From an uncultured Candidatus Saccharibacteria bacterium (GTDB lineage Bacteria > Patescibacteriota > Saccharimonadia > CAZHVB01), in NCBI GenBank assembly GCA_964600295.1, contig CAZRIY010000002.1, forward strand, positions 26,133-90,132: 64,000 nucleotides of DNA, read 5' to 3'. The notes under the pieces were generated by a model that was not told the origin of the DNA, searched no databases, and worked only from the letters and a program-made list of their open reading frames with translations. The translations under genes were made by a program, and so were the position numbers. Shown here piece after piece: positions 20,381 to 30,970 of this stretch (the stretch's first letter is position 1; the number at the start of each line of letters is the position of its first letter).

Positions 20381-22873
20381 ATGAAAGAATTCAACGATTT
20401 CAAAGCTTTTGATGACAGATTGACAGAAAATGCGCGTTACAGTTTGGAGCGGGCCGGCGAAATCGCTCGGGCATTGGGTTCCACTTACATTGGTACCGAA
20501 CACATTCTACTCGGGGTTCTCGGCCAAGAAGGCTCGATTGGAGCCAGAGTATTACGCAATGCCGGCATCACCTTTGAAAGAGCCAAATTAGCTTTATCGC
20601 TTACTCCCAAAGTTATGACCAGCACCTCGGCCAGGGGATTGAGCGAAACTGCCAAGCTGACTCTCCAGCTATCGATGAAAATTGCCCGCGATTTTGGCCA
20701 GGAACGCTGCGGCACCGAACACGTGCTGTTCGGTGTTTTATCCCAAAAGAATGCCCGTGCTACCATCCTATTGCGCGATATGAATGCCGATTTGGATATG
20801 GTGCGCAGCGAGCTTGAGCAATACTTGTCCAACCAGCAGTTTTACTACCAAGAGCGATCCCGGCGCAACTCATCCCGGCAGACCAAGGGGGAAACTCCCA
20901 CTATTGATTATTTTGGGGTTGATCTAACGGCTCAAGCTCGAGCTGGCAAGCTGGACCCAGTAGTTGGCCGCGAAAGCCAAATTAAACGAGTAATTACCAT
21001 CCTCAATCGACGGGTTAAAAACAACCCAGCGTTAATTGGTGAACCCGGTGTGGGCAAAACCGCTATTGTCGAAGGTTTGGCCCAGCAGATAGTGGCCGAG
21101 GATGTGCCCGAACCATTGCTGGGTAAACGAATTGTGATGCTGGATCTATCGGGCGTGATTGCCGGCACCAAGTATCGCGGTGAATTCGAGGATCGTCTAA
21201 AGCGAATTCTGGAGGACCTGCATAACAACAACGACATCATATTATTCATCGACGAGCTGCATTTGATTGTCGGAGCTGGCGCAGCCGAGGGTGCAATTGA
21301 TGCTGGAAATATTCTCAAACCGGCGTTGGCTCGCGGTTTGATTAGGGTTATTGGTGCCACCACTTTGGACGAGTACCGCAAACACATTGAAAGAGATGCC
21401 GCCCTAGAACGCCGTTTCCAGACAGTCTTAGTACCGGAGGCTAGTGGCGAAGAGACAGTGGAAATCTTGAAAGGGCTGCGCAAGCATTACGAAGGCTTTC
21501 ACAAAGTTAGTATTAGCGACGAAGTTATCATTGAAACCGTCAAGCTTGGTACCCGCTATCTTCCAGATAGATATCTGCCAGATAAAGCCATCGATATTTT
21601 GGACGAGGCCGCCGCCGAGGTGCGCATTAACAAACACGGCCGAGCCAGTAGACCAACCAAGCGCCTGCACGCTCAGCTGCGCCAGCTCAATCAAGAAATG
21701 GATGCCGCTGCCGAAGCCGAGAATTATGAACTGGCGGCCCGTCTCAAGACCCAGATCAGCATTTTGGAAGATAAATTAGAACAAACCAAAGCTAAAACTG
21801 CTGGCAAGAGCAAATCCTTGGCCATCAAGACTGATGATATTGCCCACGTTGTGGCTTCAATGACCGGAGTACCGGTGACTAAATTGCTGCGGTCTGAGGT
21901 TCAACAGCTGGTGCGTTTGGACAAAACGCTCAGTCGGCGCATCGTCGGGCAGTCTGAGGCTATCGCCGCTATTGCCCGTTCCATCCGCCGCAATCGCTCC
22001 GGCATTGCCGATATCAAGCGCCCCATCGGCTCCTTCCTATTTATGGGTCCGACCGGCGTGGGTAAGACGGAATTGGCTAAGGTCCTGGCCGAAGAACTAT
22101 TCAATACCAAAGAAGCCCTAATCAAAATTGATATGAGCGAGTTTATGGAACGTCACAACGTTTCCAGGCTGTTGGGTGCCCCCGCTGGTTACATTGGTTA
22201 CGAAGAGGGTGGACAGCTGACCGAGAAAGTCCGACGCCAGCCATATTCGCTGATCCTATTTGATGAGGTTGAAAAAGCTCACCCGGATGTCTTCAACATG
22301 CTGCTGCAGATTTTTGAAGACGGCTATTTGACCGATGCCAAAGGCCGTAGGGTAGATTTCACCAACACGGTTATCATCATGACATCCAATATCGGTGCCG
22401 AGAACCTGCAGAAGGAAGCTGCCCTAGGCTTTCGCATTCGTGAAAGCGGTAATCTCTCTCGTCTTGATTCTTTGCACGAGGACATCAAGGCCAAGGTCTT
22501 TGAGGATCTAAAAAACACCATGCGGCCGGAATTGCTGAATCGCATTGATCAAGTCATCGTCTTTAGGGCCCTTTCCTTATCAGATGTGGGCAAGATTTTA
22601 GAACTACGCCTGAATGAGCTGACCAAACGGCTGAGCGATAAGGGTTTAGCCATTATGCCCTCATCCAGTGCCAAGCGCTATTTGGTTGAAGCCGGTTATG
22701 ACCCGAATTTTGGCGTTAGACCGTTGCGCCGGGTACTCGAGGAGCAAATTGAAGGACCGATTGCAACGGGCATTTTAGAGGGACGCTTCACCCCAGGAGA
22801 TACTATCAAGATTGGCTATCAAGATAAGAAACTGACATTTGAAGTCGCCCATATCAAAAACCCGGTGGCTTAA
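20381..22873 (+). CDS. clpC: ATP-dependent Clp protease ATPase subunit ClpC
   Basis: Two Clp_N repeats, two AAA+ modules ([16 protein letters not shown]) and a short UVR-type middle domain; 830 aa. Confidence 0.9.
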   Translation: MKEFNDFKAFDDRLTENARYSLERAGEIARALGSTYIGTEHILLGVLGQEGSIGARVLRNAGITFERAKLALSLTPKVMTSTSARGLSETAKLTLQLSMKIARDFGQERCGTEHVLFGVLSQKNARATILLRDMNADLDMVRSELEQYLSNQQFYYQERSRRNSSRQTKGETPTIDYFGVDLTAQARAGKLDPVVGRESQIKRVITILNRRVKNNPALIGEPGVGKTAIVEGLAQQIVAEDVPEPLLGKRIVMLDLSGVIAGTKYRGEFEDRLKRILEDLHNNNDIILFIDELHLIVGAGAAEGAIDAGNILKPALARGLIRVIGATTLDEYRKHIERDAALERRFQTVLVPEASGEETVEILKGLRKHYEGFHKVSISDEVIIETVKLGTRYLPDRYLPDKAIDILDEAAAEVRINKHGRASRPTKRLHAQLRQLNQEMDAAAEAENYELAARLKTQISILEDKLEQTKAKTAGKSKSLAIKTDDIAHVVASMTGVPVTKLLRSEVQQLVRLDKTLSRRIVGQSEAIAAIARSIRRNRSGIADIKRPIGSFLFMGPTGVGKTELAKVLAEELFNTKEALIKIDMSEFMERHNVSRLLGAPAGYIGYEEGGQLTEKVRRQPYSLILFDEVEKAHPDVFNMLLQIFEDGYLTDAKGRRVDFTNTVIIMTSNIGAENLQKEAALGFRIRESGNLSRLDSLHEDIKAKVFEDLKNTMRPELLNRIDQVIVFRALSLSDVGKILELRLNELTKRLSDKGLAIMPSSSAKRYLVEAGYDPNFGVRPLRRVLEEQIEGPIATGILEGRFTPGDTIKIGYQDKKLTFEVAHIKNPVA

Positions 22874-22891
22874 TATAGGTTCCGAGTCTCA

Positions 22892-23848
22892 ATGATGATT
22901 TTCAGGCGCTGGTTTTCGTTGATGTTGTTGGCGGCGCTAATCCTGGGAGCCGCCAAGTTTGAGGACATTCGGGATTGGTGGTGGCTGCGTAACTACCAAC
23001 CAGTGGCCGAAATTCAAGCACTGGCTGATAAAGCCGCTCTGAATGATACCGGCCGGCGCATGTTTTACGTGGGCCGGCCGCGGATTGACGATAAACTAAA
23101 TTTTGCTCGGTCCTGTCCGGTAGGAGAAGCCGAGGGCAGCCTGGTGCTGGGCTGTTATAGCAGCGGCTATATATATCTGTTGGAGGTAAAGCGGACAGAA
23201 CTGGCCGGCGTAATGGAGGTAACTGCCGCCCATGAAATGTTGCACGCGGCCTATGAGCGCTTATCGAGTAAAGATCAACAGACAATTAACCGACAATTGG
23301 AACAATTCTACGGCCAAGTTAACAATCCAGAGCTAGATCAGGTGCTGGTTGATTATGAACAAACCGAACCCGGCCAGCGGCTGAATGAGCTGCATTCGCT
23401 GCTGCCAACCCAAATTGCGGTTCTTAGCCCGGAACTTGAGGCCTACTACAGCCGCTATTTTACCAATCAAGATCAAGTTGCCAATGCTTACTTAGCCTAT
23501 CAAGCTGTATTTAGAAGTTTGGAAGCCCAGATAGAACAGTTGCGGGCAGACGCCAGCTCGCTGCAAGCTCAAATTAGCGCTCAGGAGGCGGCGATGGAGC
23601 AAACTCGGACTGAAATTGAGACTATGAGTAGCCAGATGGATAGCCTCAAGGCTGCGGGTAGGATTGACGAGTATAATGCGCTAGTGCCAGCTTATAATGG
23701 ATTGGTTCGAGAATATAACGGCATGATTACTTATTATCGTGATCTGATTGCGCTGCATAATTCTAAAGTTGATCAGCTTAATCAGTTGGCGCTGGAACAA
23801 AATGAGCTGGTTGAGAGCCTCGACAGCACGAAATTTACGCCACTCTAG
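22892..23848 (+). CDS. secreted/membrane-anchored HExxH-motif protein with C-terminal coiled coil (uncharacterized)
   Basis: N-terminal hydrophobic segment, AAHEMLHAAYE motif and a long Q/E/A-rich heptad region; 318 aa. Confidence 0.5.
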   Translation: MMIFRRWFSLMLLAALILGAAKFEDIRDWWWLRNYQPVAEIQALADKAALNDTGRRMFYVGRPRIDDKLNFARSCPVGEAEGSLVLGCYSSGYIYLLEVKRTELAGVMEVTAAHEMLHAAYERLSSKDQQTINRQLEQFYGQVNNPELDQVLVDYEQTEPGQRLNELHSLLPTQIAVLSPELEAYYSRYFTNQDQVANAYLAYQAVFRSLEAQIEQLRADASSLQAQISAQEAAMEQTRTEIETMSSQMDSLKAAGRIDEYNALVPAYNGLVREYNGMITYYRDLIALHNSKVDQLNQLALEQNELVESLDSTKFTPL

Positions 23849-23853
23849 TAGTC

Positions 23854-24453
23854 TCAAGAGATTTTCTTGGGGCTGGCCGGCAGCACAGAACGAAAATGGC
23901 GGATCAGTTTGGACTGCTGGTCAATCTTGGAAATCTCGGCCAAGCTAACAAAAGTCGCAATACCGTAGGTTCGCTTAAGATATTCGATCTCAATTAAACA
24001 GGGAAAGGGATAAACCCAAGCGCTTTTCTGTAGTTGGTAGAAGCCGAGATCTTTTAGTTTCTGAGTCAACTTATTTCGCGCCTGGCGGTGTTCTTCTGGC
24101 ACATCAAAGATTACCAGCCGCCAACGGCCGTCCCAACGTCTGGGGCGGGGTATGGCCAACTCATCAAGCGAGATTTTTTGGGCTCGTTTGACACCGGTTT
24201 GAGACAACCGCAACCTAAGTTTGCCCTTGGGTTGGTTGGAAACCAAAACCAGTTCTTGTTGCTGGATGTATCGCACAATGCGCTTGAAATAAGCTGGGGC
24301 CGTACTCTTACGCAGCCGCTGTTTAACTTCAATGTTTAAGTAGGGAGCCAGGTTGGGCGCTGAGCGCAGAATTGTAATATTGCCACCGGCCGCCAGATAC
24401 TTGATGACTTGGTTTATGGTTTGCTTCGTCAGTTGGTTTGATGCCATACGCAT
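23854..24453 (-). CDS. PaaX-like (Cas2-fold C-terminal domain) putative transcriptional regulator
   Basis: The WRLVIFDVPEEHRQARNKLTQKLKDLGFYQLQKSAWVY block resembles PaaX_C; 199 aa. Confidence 0.4.
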   Translation of the reverse strand: MRMASNQLTKQTINQVIKYLAAGGNITILRSAPNLAPYLNIEVKQRLRKSTAPAYFKRIVRYIQQQELVLVSNQPKGKLRLRLSQTGVKRAQKISLDELAIPRPRRWDGRWRLVIFDVPEEHRQARNKLTQKLKDLGFYQLQKSAWVYPFPCLIEIEYLKRTYGIATFVSLAEISKIDQQSKLIRHFRSVLPASPKKIS

Positions 24454-24526
24454 ATTTTAGCCGATCGCCGATATTTTTGTAATTGAGCTATCCGAGCCAT
24501 CATAATCGATATGATATTGTTAATCC

Positions 24527-25876
24527 ATGGCAAAACAAGGGGGACGGCATTTTGTCTGTCAGGAGTGTGGACAGACTCAAGCCAAATGGGGCGGACGTTG
24601 CCCAAATTGTGGGGCCTGGAATAGCTTGCTAGAGGAGACCGCACTGCCTACCTCTAACCCCGGACTGGTTAGTCAGGGGAAAGTCATAACCGCTCAACCG
24701 CTTAATAAAATTAGCCACAACAAAGTTGTTAAGCGGCATCAAACCGGAATTGAAGAACTTGAGAACGTCTTGGGGGGCGGCATTGTGCCCGGCAGTCTAA
24801 TTTTGGTGGCGGGAGAGCCAGGTATCGGCAAATCGACGCTACTGCTAGAAGTGGCCGATGGCGTAGCCAAGAACGGCTTGGTGCTCTATGTTAGCGGTGA
24901 AGAATCGCTGGAGCAGTTAAAGCTACGCACGCAGCGGCTTAAAGTCACGGCCGCTCGTCTGGAGCTAGCCGCTTCGGTTAGTAGTGATGATGTAGCCGCT
25001 ACCATCGCCAGCGGTCGCTACCAGTTGGTAATAGTTGACTCGGTGCAAACCATGGCTGCGGCTGGTCTGAGCACATCCGCCGGTAGCATCAGCCAAGTCA
25101 CAACCAGCACCCAGTTGTTCTTGAACGCTGCCAAGGGATCGCAAACGGCGGTTATGCTGGCCGGGCACGTTACCAAAGAGGGCAGCATCGCTGGGCCAAA
25201 GCTGTTGGAACATATCGTTGACGTGGTGCTTTATCTTGAGGGCGAGCGCTTTGGCAATTTTAAACTGCTACGCAGTACCAAGAATCGCTTCGGGTCAACC
25301 TATGAAGTAGGCATATTTGAAATGATCGAATCGGGGTTAGTACCGGTAGATAACCCTTCCAAGGCCTTTTTGGATGAGCGCCAAAGTAGCGACGGTTCCG
25401 TAGTTTTGGCTGCGATCGAGGGGTCGCGGGCTATTTTGGTGGAAGTTCAGGCGCTGGTTAGTCCCTCGCCCTTCGGCTATCCCAAGCGGACAGCCGTCGG
25501 CTTTGATCTCAACCGGTTAAACTTGTTGCTGGCGGTACTTAATAAAAGAGGGGGGATGCATCTTGGTACCCACGATGTGTATATTAATATCGTGAGTGGT
25601 ATGAGAATTAACGAACCGGCAGCTGATTTGGCCGTAGCCATGGCAATTGCTTCGGCTGCTCGTTCTCATATCCTGGTCGATAAAACTGTGGTCTTCGGCG
25701 AGGTGGGACTAGGCGGTGAAGTACGCAAAGTAGCCCATGCCGAAACCAGAATTAAGGAGGCCCAAAAGCTGGGATTTAGCCAAGCTATCGCTCCGTCGGC
25801 TGATGGAGCCAGTGGATTTATTAAAGTAGCCAGAAACTTAAGCCAAGCCATAAAGCTGGGGTTGGAGAACAAATGA
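24527..25876 (+). CDS. radA: DNA repair protein RadA/Sms
   Basis: C4 zinc finger (CQECG...CPNCG), RecA-like ATPase (GEPGIGKST) and a Lon-like C-terminus. Confidence 0.95.
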   Translation: MAKQGGRHFVCQECGQTQAKWGGRCPNCGAWNSLLEETALPTSNPGLVSQGKVITAQPLNKISHNKVVKRHQTGIEELENVLGGGIVPGSLILVAGEPGIGKSTLLLEVADGVAKNGLVLYVSGEESLEQLKLRTQRLKVTAARLELAASVSSDDVAATIASGRYQLVIVDSVQTMAAAGLSTSAGSISQVTTSTQLFLNAAKGSQTAVMLAGHVTKEGSIAGPKLLEHIVDVVLYLEGERFGNFKLLRSTKNRFGSTYEVGIFEMIESGLVPVDNPSKAFLDERQSSDGSVVLAAIEGSRAILVEVQALVSPSPFGYPKRTAVGFDLNRLNLLLAVLNKRGGMHLGTHDVYINIVSGMRINEPAADLAVAMAIASAARSHILVDKTVVFGEVGLGGEVRKVAHAETRIKEAQKLGFSQAIAPSADGASGFIKVARNLSQAIKLGLENK

Positions 25877-26595
25877 TAGATATCTTAATTGTAGTTTTAA
25901 ATTTATTGGCGTTGGTCGGTCTCGGCTGGTTGATCACCAAAACTCGCCGACCGGCTTCCCATAACAAGGGGTTGGTTTGTTTGCTCGATACCAGTGCCCT
26001 GATCGATGGCCGCATCTTAGAAGTAGCCCACACTGGCTTCTTACCTACCCATCTGATGTTGCCCGAATTCATTCTGTCCGAGCTGCAGCATATCGCCGAT
26101 AGCCCAGAAGAATTGCGCCGCTCGCGAGGCCGTTTGGGTTTGGATGTAGTCAAGAAGCTCCAGGCCATGGGTGATTTGAGTGTGGAAGTAATTGAGGATC
26201 GGGCGCCAGATGTAGAGGCGGTGGATGACAAGTTGGTGGCTATTGCCAAAGCTGCCAATGCGGCCATCATCACCACTGACTACAATCTTAATCAAGTGGC
26301 CACCATCAATGGCATCAAAGTTCTAAACGTCAATGAATTGGCACAAGCGCTTCGTCCCCTGGCCCTACCCGGCGAGCGGGTCAAGATCAAGCTTGTCCAG
26401 CGGGGCAGTGATCATGGTCAAGCCGTCGGTTACTTGGACGATGGCACCATGGTAGTAGTGGATCGCGCCCACCGCTTAATCGGCCAGGAGGTAGAAGCCG
26501 AAGTTAATCGAATTATGCAGACCGTAGCCGGAAAAATGCTATTTGCCCGCCTATTGTCGACTGGCTCGAGCGAAGCGGCGAAAGACAAGACTTAG
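25873..26595 (+). CDS. yacL: membrane-anchored PIN-TRAM domain protein (YacL-like)
   Basis: Transmembrane N-terminus, PIN domain (LLDTSALIDGRILE) and a C-terminal TRAM domain. Stop overlaps the radA end by 4 nt. Confidence 0.8.
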   Translation: MIDILIVVLNLLALVGLGWLITKTRRPASHNKGLVCLLDTSALIDGRILEVAHTGFLPTHLMLPEFILSELQHIADSPEELRRSRGRLGLDVVKKLQAMGDLSVEVIEDRAPDVEAVDDKLVAIAKAANAAIITTDYNLNQVATINGIKVLNVNELAQALRPLALPGERVKIKLVQRGSDHGQAVGYLDDGTMVVVDRAHRLIGQEVEAEVNRIMQTVAGKMLFARLLSTGSSEAAKDKT

Positions 26596-29280
26596 CCAAC
26601 CCGCAACGCTTGGCAGGTAGACGATACCACTGAAGATCGGTCCCTGTCGGCGGCCGCGGGGTAAAATTGGATTCTGGGGGTTCCAGGTAGTAGTGATACT
26701 GTACTCGCCGGTGTATAAGGCCTTATCGTAGACCACCCCATTGAAGGTATAAGAGCCCGGAGACGGCGGTTTGTACTCAATATCATAGGTACCATTGCCG
26801 CTGATAGCCTGCTCGTGTATTTGTTGTCCGTTGGCAGTGATTGTCAACTTATCTAGGGCATGGGTGCCGCCAGTCACCGTGGCTTTAATTTTGATCTTAT
26901 CTTTATCAGGATCTGTATCAAGAACCACGGTCGGTTTGCTGTCTGAGCAGTTATGTATGGTATCTTTTTCCGACGGGATTGGGCCCCCGGCTCCGCCAAG
27001 CGAACGCACACCCGCGCTCCAGCGCGCATAGGCAGGATCGGTTGAGGGAATTTCTGGTTCTATGCCTACGCTGGTTCTCTCCTCGCGAGCTAATGGTGGA
27101 GTACAATCGGTGGCCAATTTGCCCGAAACCTTATCGACGGTGGCGGTTTGGGGGCCGGGTGAGGGCTGGGGGGTAAACCAGGCCGGGAAAATGTCGGTAA
27201 CACTGCCGCTCGAACCCTGGCCAGGTAGCTTGCCAGTCGTTCTGTCCAAAGTGACATTCTTCAAACCCTCGGGTTTATCGAAGGGCTTGTTCTCCTTCCC
27301 CTCATGGGCTTTGGCCATAAAGGGCGCCCAAATGGTTCCAGTTAAGGTCGAGGTGATGCCGCTCATGGCTTTATTATCGCTATGGCCCACCCAGACGCCA
27401 GCCACCAGGTGCTTGCTGCCGCCAATCATCCAACCGTCGCGATTCTTATCGGTAGTACCGGTTTTGACAAAGGCAGACTGACCAGGGATTGTCATATATT
27501 TGGCGGAGCTACCGAAGGTAATCGAGCGGGCCGCCGGATCAGATAAAATATTTGTCATCAGGTAGGCAATCTGGGGATCGAGCACCCGTTTGCCCTCGCC
27601 TTTATGTTCGTAGGCCACCTCGCCTTTGGGCGTTGTAGCTTTAATTATCGGGCTGGCCTCGTAGTGCAGACCGCCATTGGCAAATGTTTCATAGCCGTTA
27701 ACGTGGTCGGCCAGCTTAATTTCACCTGCACCCAATACCAGACTTAGCCCATAATCTTCCGGGTTATCCAAGGTGGTGATGCCCATGCTGTGGGCGGTAT
27801 CCAGGGCTTCTTGCAGGCCTACAATATAAAGCATTTTGACGGCTGGGATGTTAAAGGAATTACCCAGCGCATGCCGGATGGTCATGGCGCCGTGGAAGCG
27901 GTTGTCGTAGTTATTGGGTACATAACCGCCGCCAAAATCTGTCCGAACATCATACATTACGCTGCCCGGGCCCCATTTGCCGGTTTTAAAGCCGGCGGCA
28001 TAGACGTAAGGCTTAAAACTTGAGCCTGGTTGACGACGCGCCAGCGCGGCGTTGAACGAACCGTAGCCCGGGTGGTTGAAACCACGGCTGCCAACCATGG
28101 CCATGACTTCGCCGTTTTCCGGATTACCGGCCACCAGCGCCGCATTATTGCCGCCAGCTCTATCGATGACACCAATTCCGGCCGCCACTGCTTCCTCAGC
28201 CTTTTTTTGAATATCAACATCGAGCGAAGTAATAACGTGCAGTCCGCCCTCGCTAACCTGGCGCTCACCCAGCTTCTCCTTTAAATATGATTCGGCGTAG
28301 AGCACAAAATGAGGGGCGGTGACGTTAGCATAGAGATCCGGCACTTCGTTAACCTTGGCATAGGTATCAGTCTGTTTGGCGGCTTCGGACTCCTCGGCGC
28401 TGAGTAGACCTTGATCGCGCATCAGATCTAGAATTAAATCTTGGCGGGCGAACAGCTCATCCAGGTGCTCACCATAAGGGGAGTAATAGGTGGGAGCCTT
28501 GGGTAAAGCCGCCAGCAGCGCCGCCTCGTCGGCCGTTAGGTCTTTGGCGTCTTTACTGAAATAGGTTTTGGCCGCCGCCTGGACACCGTAGGCTTGGGCG
28601 CCGTAGGGAATTTCGTTCAAATAAAGCTCAAGAATGTCTTCCTTGGCGTACAGCTGCTCGATCTGAATCGACAAAATTAGCTCTTTGACTTTGCGGGTGA
28701 AGGTTCGTTCCGGGCTCAAGAGGGCATTCTTAACATACTGCTGAGTAATAGTTGAGCCACCCTGAATTTGCTGGTCTCGATTGAGGACATTATTGATGGC
28801 GGCCCGCAGGATACCCAGCGAACTAAAAGCCCCGTGGCGGTAAAAATTCCTATCTTCAATGGCCACCGTGGCATTGCGAATATAAGGGGAAATATTCTCC
28901 AGCTCAATTACGGTGCGATTTTGGTCACCGTGGACTTCGTAAAGGAGGTGCTGGCCAGTCCTATCATAAAAACGGGTAGTTTGGGCCAGGATTCGGCTAT
29001 TGACTTGGCCCGGGGTTGGCAAATCCTTGGCAAAGTAGAGGAACAGGGCAGCTACAAAGGCCACCCCAATGCCGAACCAGATGCCAATAATCTTAAGGGC
29101 GGCAATCCCGCCGTATTTGGTAAACCAAAAATCGCGAAATCGCTTGGGATTTATATACCATAGCCAACGTTTCCACCAAGTTTGGGGAATTTTAATACCG
29201 GCTGGTGCACGGCGAACATGACGGCCGCTCTTACCCAGCAGTTTTCTGACAGGATGTTTAATTATACGAAGAAGTCTCAT
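26551..29280 (-). CDS. class A penicillin-binding protein (transglycosylase + transpeptidase) with C-terminal extension
   Basis: Transmembrane anchor, the EDRNFYRHGAFS glycosyltransferase motif and a transpeptidase domain; 909 aa. Confidence 0.9.
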   Translation of the reverse strand: MRLLRIIKHPVRKLLGKSGRHVRRAPAGIKIPQTWWKRWLWYINPKRFRDFWFTKYGGIAALKIIGIWFGIGVAFVAALFLYFAKDLPTPGQVNSRILAQTTRFYDRTGQHLLYEVHGDQNRTVIELENISPYIRNATVAIEDRNFYRHGAFSSLGILRAAINNVLNRDQQIQGGSTITQQYVKNALLSPERTFTRKVKELILSIQIEQLYAKEDILELYLNEIPYGAQAYGVQAAAKTYFSKDAKDLTADEAALLAALPKAPTYYSPYGEHLDELFARQDLILDLMRDQGLLSAEESEAAKQTDTYAKVNEVPDLYANVTAPHFVLYAESYLKEKLGERQVSEGGLHVITSLDVDIQKKAEEAVAAGIGVIDRAGGNNAALVAGNPENGEVMAMVGSRGFNHPGYGSFNAALARRQPGSSFKPYVYAAGFKTGKWGPGSVMYDVRTDFGGGYVPNNYDNRFHGAMTIRHALGNSFNIPAVKMLYIVGLQEALDTAHSMGITTLDNPEDYGLSLVLGAGEIKLADHVNGYETFANGGLHYEASPIIKATTPKGEVAYEHKGEGKRVLDPQIAYLMTNILSDPAARSITFGSSAKYMTIPGQSAFVKTGTTDKNRDGWMIGGSKHLVAGVWVGHSDNKAMSGITSTLTGTIWAPFMAKAHEGKENKPFDKPEGLKNVTLDRTTGKLPGQGSSGSVTDIFPAWFTPQPSPGPQTATVDKVSGKLATDCTPPLAREERTSVGIEPEIPSTDPAYARWSAGVRSLGGAGGPIPSEKDTIHNCSDSKPTVVLDTDPDKDKIKIKATVTGGTHALDKLTITANGQQIHEQAISGNGTYDIEYKPPSPGSYTFNGVVYDKALYTGEYSITTTWNPQNPILPRGRRQGPIFSGIVYLPSVAGWLSLVFRRFARASRQ

Positions 29281-29361
29281 TACAGTTGCCTAATTGCCCC
29301 CAGAATCAACTATCAATTATAGCGAATCTCTGGCCTTTGCAATAGGCACCATTTATACTGG

Positions 29362-30531
29362 TTGGCAATGACAAAAACAGAGAAGCTTTTGGATAGACGA
29401 GTACAAAAAATTCTGCCCTCAAAAACTGGCCTTGAGGCATTACTAAGCAAACGAAAAATACGCCTATATCAAGGTTTTGATCCTACCGGTAAACTCCATA
29501 TTGGCCACGGAATTGGCCTCAGGTTGCTAATGAAATTTGCTAGAGCTGGCCATGAAGTCATTTTTCTGTTTGGGACGGGCACCGTTTTGGTGGGTGATCC
29601 ATCACAAAGAGAGTCGGGCAGAGCAGAGATAACGCAAGCTGAGATTGATGGTTATATCAAGGGCTGGAAACAGCAAGCTGCCAGCATTGTCGATTTTGAC
29701 AAGATACAAGTTAAACAAAATGGCGATTGGCTGACCAAGCTTACTCTCGAGGATCTAATTGGGGTTGCTTCTAAGATTTCGGCCACCCAACTTTTTAAAA
29801 GAGAATCTTTCCAAAATCGCATCAAAAGAGGTGATACTGTCTGGTACCACGAGACCATGTACCCATTGTTGCAGGGCTACGATTCGGTGGTACTGGATGT
29901 AGATTTAGAAATTGGCGGCACCGATCAAGAGTTCAATATGCTAATGGGACGTGAGCTACTTAAAAAAATTAAGAATAAAGAGAAATATGTACTGATGATA
30001 CCGCTGATATTGGGAATTGATGGCAAAAAGATGAGCGCCAGCCAAGGAAATTGTGTCTGGATAGATGATCCGTCCGAGCAGATGTACGGAAAGTTAATGA
30101 GCATTGCCGATAGCCAAGTGCCCAGCTATCTAGAACTTTGCACTGATCTGTCAGATACAGAAGTCGAGACCGCTACGAGACAGTTAAAAATAAAACCTCG
30201 CAATATCAAAGCCCTGATGGCCAAAGAGATTGTCAAGATTTATCACAGTGAGAAAGCTGCCGAGGATGCAGCCAAAGCTTTTAATTCTCAGTTCAAAGAC
30301 CGCCAACTCCCCGCCGACATTCCAATCGTAAAGCTTGATAAGTTCGAGTGGGAACTCGCGGATCTGCTGACGGTTATTGACTTGGCATCAAGCAAAACTG
30401 CCGCCCGCAGAATTATTGAACAGGGCGGAGTCAAGATCAACTCTAAACCCGTTTCCAAGGACGGTACTTGGAAACTAAAAGCCGGAGATGTTGTCCAAGT
30501 AGGCAAGCGCCATTTTGCCAAAATTGCCTAA
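29362..30531 (+). CDS. tyrS: tyrosyl-tRNA synthetase
   Basis: HIGHGIG (HIGH) and KMSASQG (KMSKS) motifs plus a C-terminal S4 domain. Confidence 0.9.
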   Translation: MAMTKTEKLLDRRVQKILPSKTGLEALLSKRKIRLYQGFDPTGKLHIGHGIGLRLLMKFARAGHEVIFLFGTGTVLVGDPSQRESGRAEITQAEIDGYIKGWKQQAASIVDFDKIQVKQNGDWLTKLTLEDLIGVASKISATQLFKRESFQNRIKRGDTVWYHETMYPLLQGYDSVVLDVDLEIGGTDQEFNMLMGRELLKKIKNKEKYVLMIPLILGIDGKKMSASQGNCVWIDDPSEQMYGKLMSIADSQVPSYLELCTDLSDTEVETATRQLKIKPRNIKALMAKEIVKIYHSEKAAEDAAKAFNSQFKDRQLPADIPIVKLDKFEWELADLLTVIDLASSKTAARRIIEQGGVKINSKPVSKDGTWKLKAGDVVQVGKRHFAKIA

Positions 30532-30540
30532 AAGGTCTTG

Positions 30541-30569
30541 TTGACAGACTACCGTTTTAATAGTTAATT
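30541..30569 (+). promoter_or_regulatory. sigma70-like promoter (TTGACA-N17-TTAATT/TAATTATAT) for the small gene at 30619
   Basis: Consensus -35 hexamer; the A/T-rich -10 is approximate. Confidence 0.3.
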
Positions 30570-30618
30570 ATATCCACCATCGAATTGACGTGCTCACCCA
30601 AAAGGAGGTGATATAGCA

Positions 30619-30834
30619 ATGCGCGTTGAGGGGAAGAAGCTGTTTTGGTTTGTTGCTGTACCGACGGCAGTCGCTGTCGCTCCATACCAAGTAATACCCG
30701 GCTGGCTTCGGATTACCTCTGGAGCCATAGCGGTGCTGGGAGCAGTGGGAGTCGTAATCGGAGTCTGGGCTGCGGCCTTCGAGTCCTCACTCCAGAACTT
30801 CAGCTCCAAGAACCAGGAAACAACCCAGCAGTAG
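30619..30834 (+). CDS. small hydrophobic (likely membrane/secreted) protein, 71 aa
   Basis: Near-perfect AAAGGAGGTG Shine-Dalgarno 8 nt upstream. Hydrophobic stretches, then a structured 3' region. Confidence 0.5.
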   Translation: MRVEGKKLFWFVAVPTAVAVAPYQVIPGWLRITSGAIAVLGAVGVVIGVWAAAFESSLQNFSSKNQETTQQ

Positions 30835-30905
30835 CAACAACAAACTTCCCCCATGATGGCGCCCGAGCGGCGGTAGAGTGAATTTTCCTCCTTCCGCTCG
30901 GGCTG

Positions 30906-30958
30906 CCCGGGACAACACTTTTTAGTGATTCGTCCCGGGCCTTCTTCTTTTTTGGGTT
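30906..30958 (+). terminator. terminator-like hairpin plus T-run downstream of the small gene
   Basis: Stem cccggga...tcccggg (7 bp, ~20-nt loop) followed by ccttcttcttttttgggtt. Confidence 0.35.
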
Positions 30959-30970
30959 ACCATTGAGGCA

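Noticed and set aside
29281-29361. T-box leader upstream of tyrS or hisS
   Set aside because: Intergenic regions are only ~80 nt and ~20 nt, far shorter than a T-box, and lack a specifier or antiterminator structure.
30594-30854. Minus-strand 86-aa ORF overlapping the small plus-strand gene
   Set aside because: The plus-strand ORF has a perfect Shine-Dalgarno and a promoter. The minus ORF has neither.
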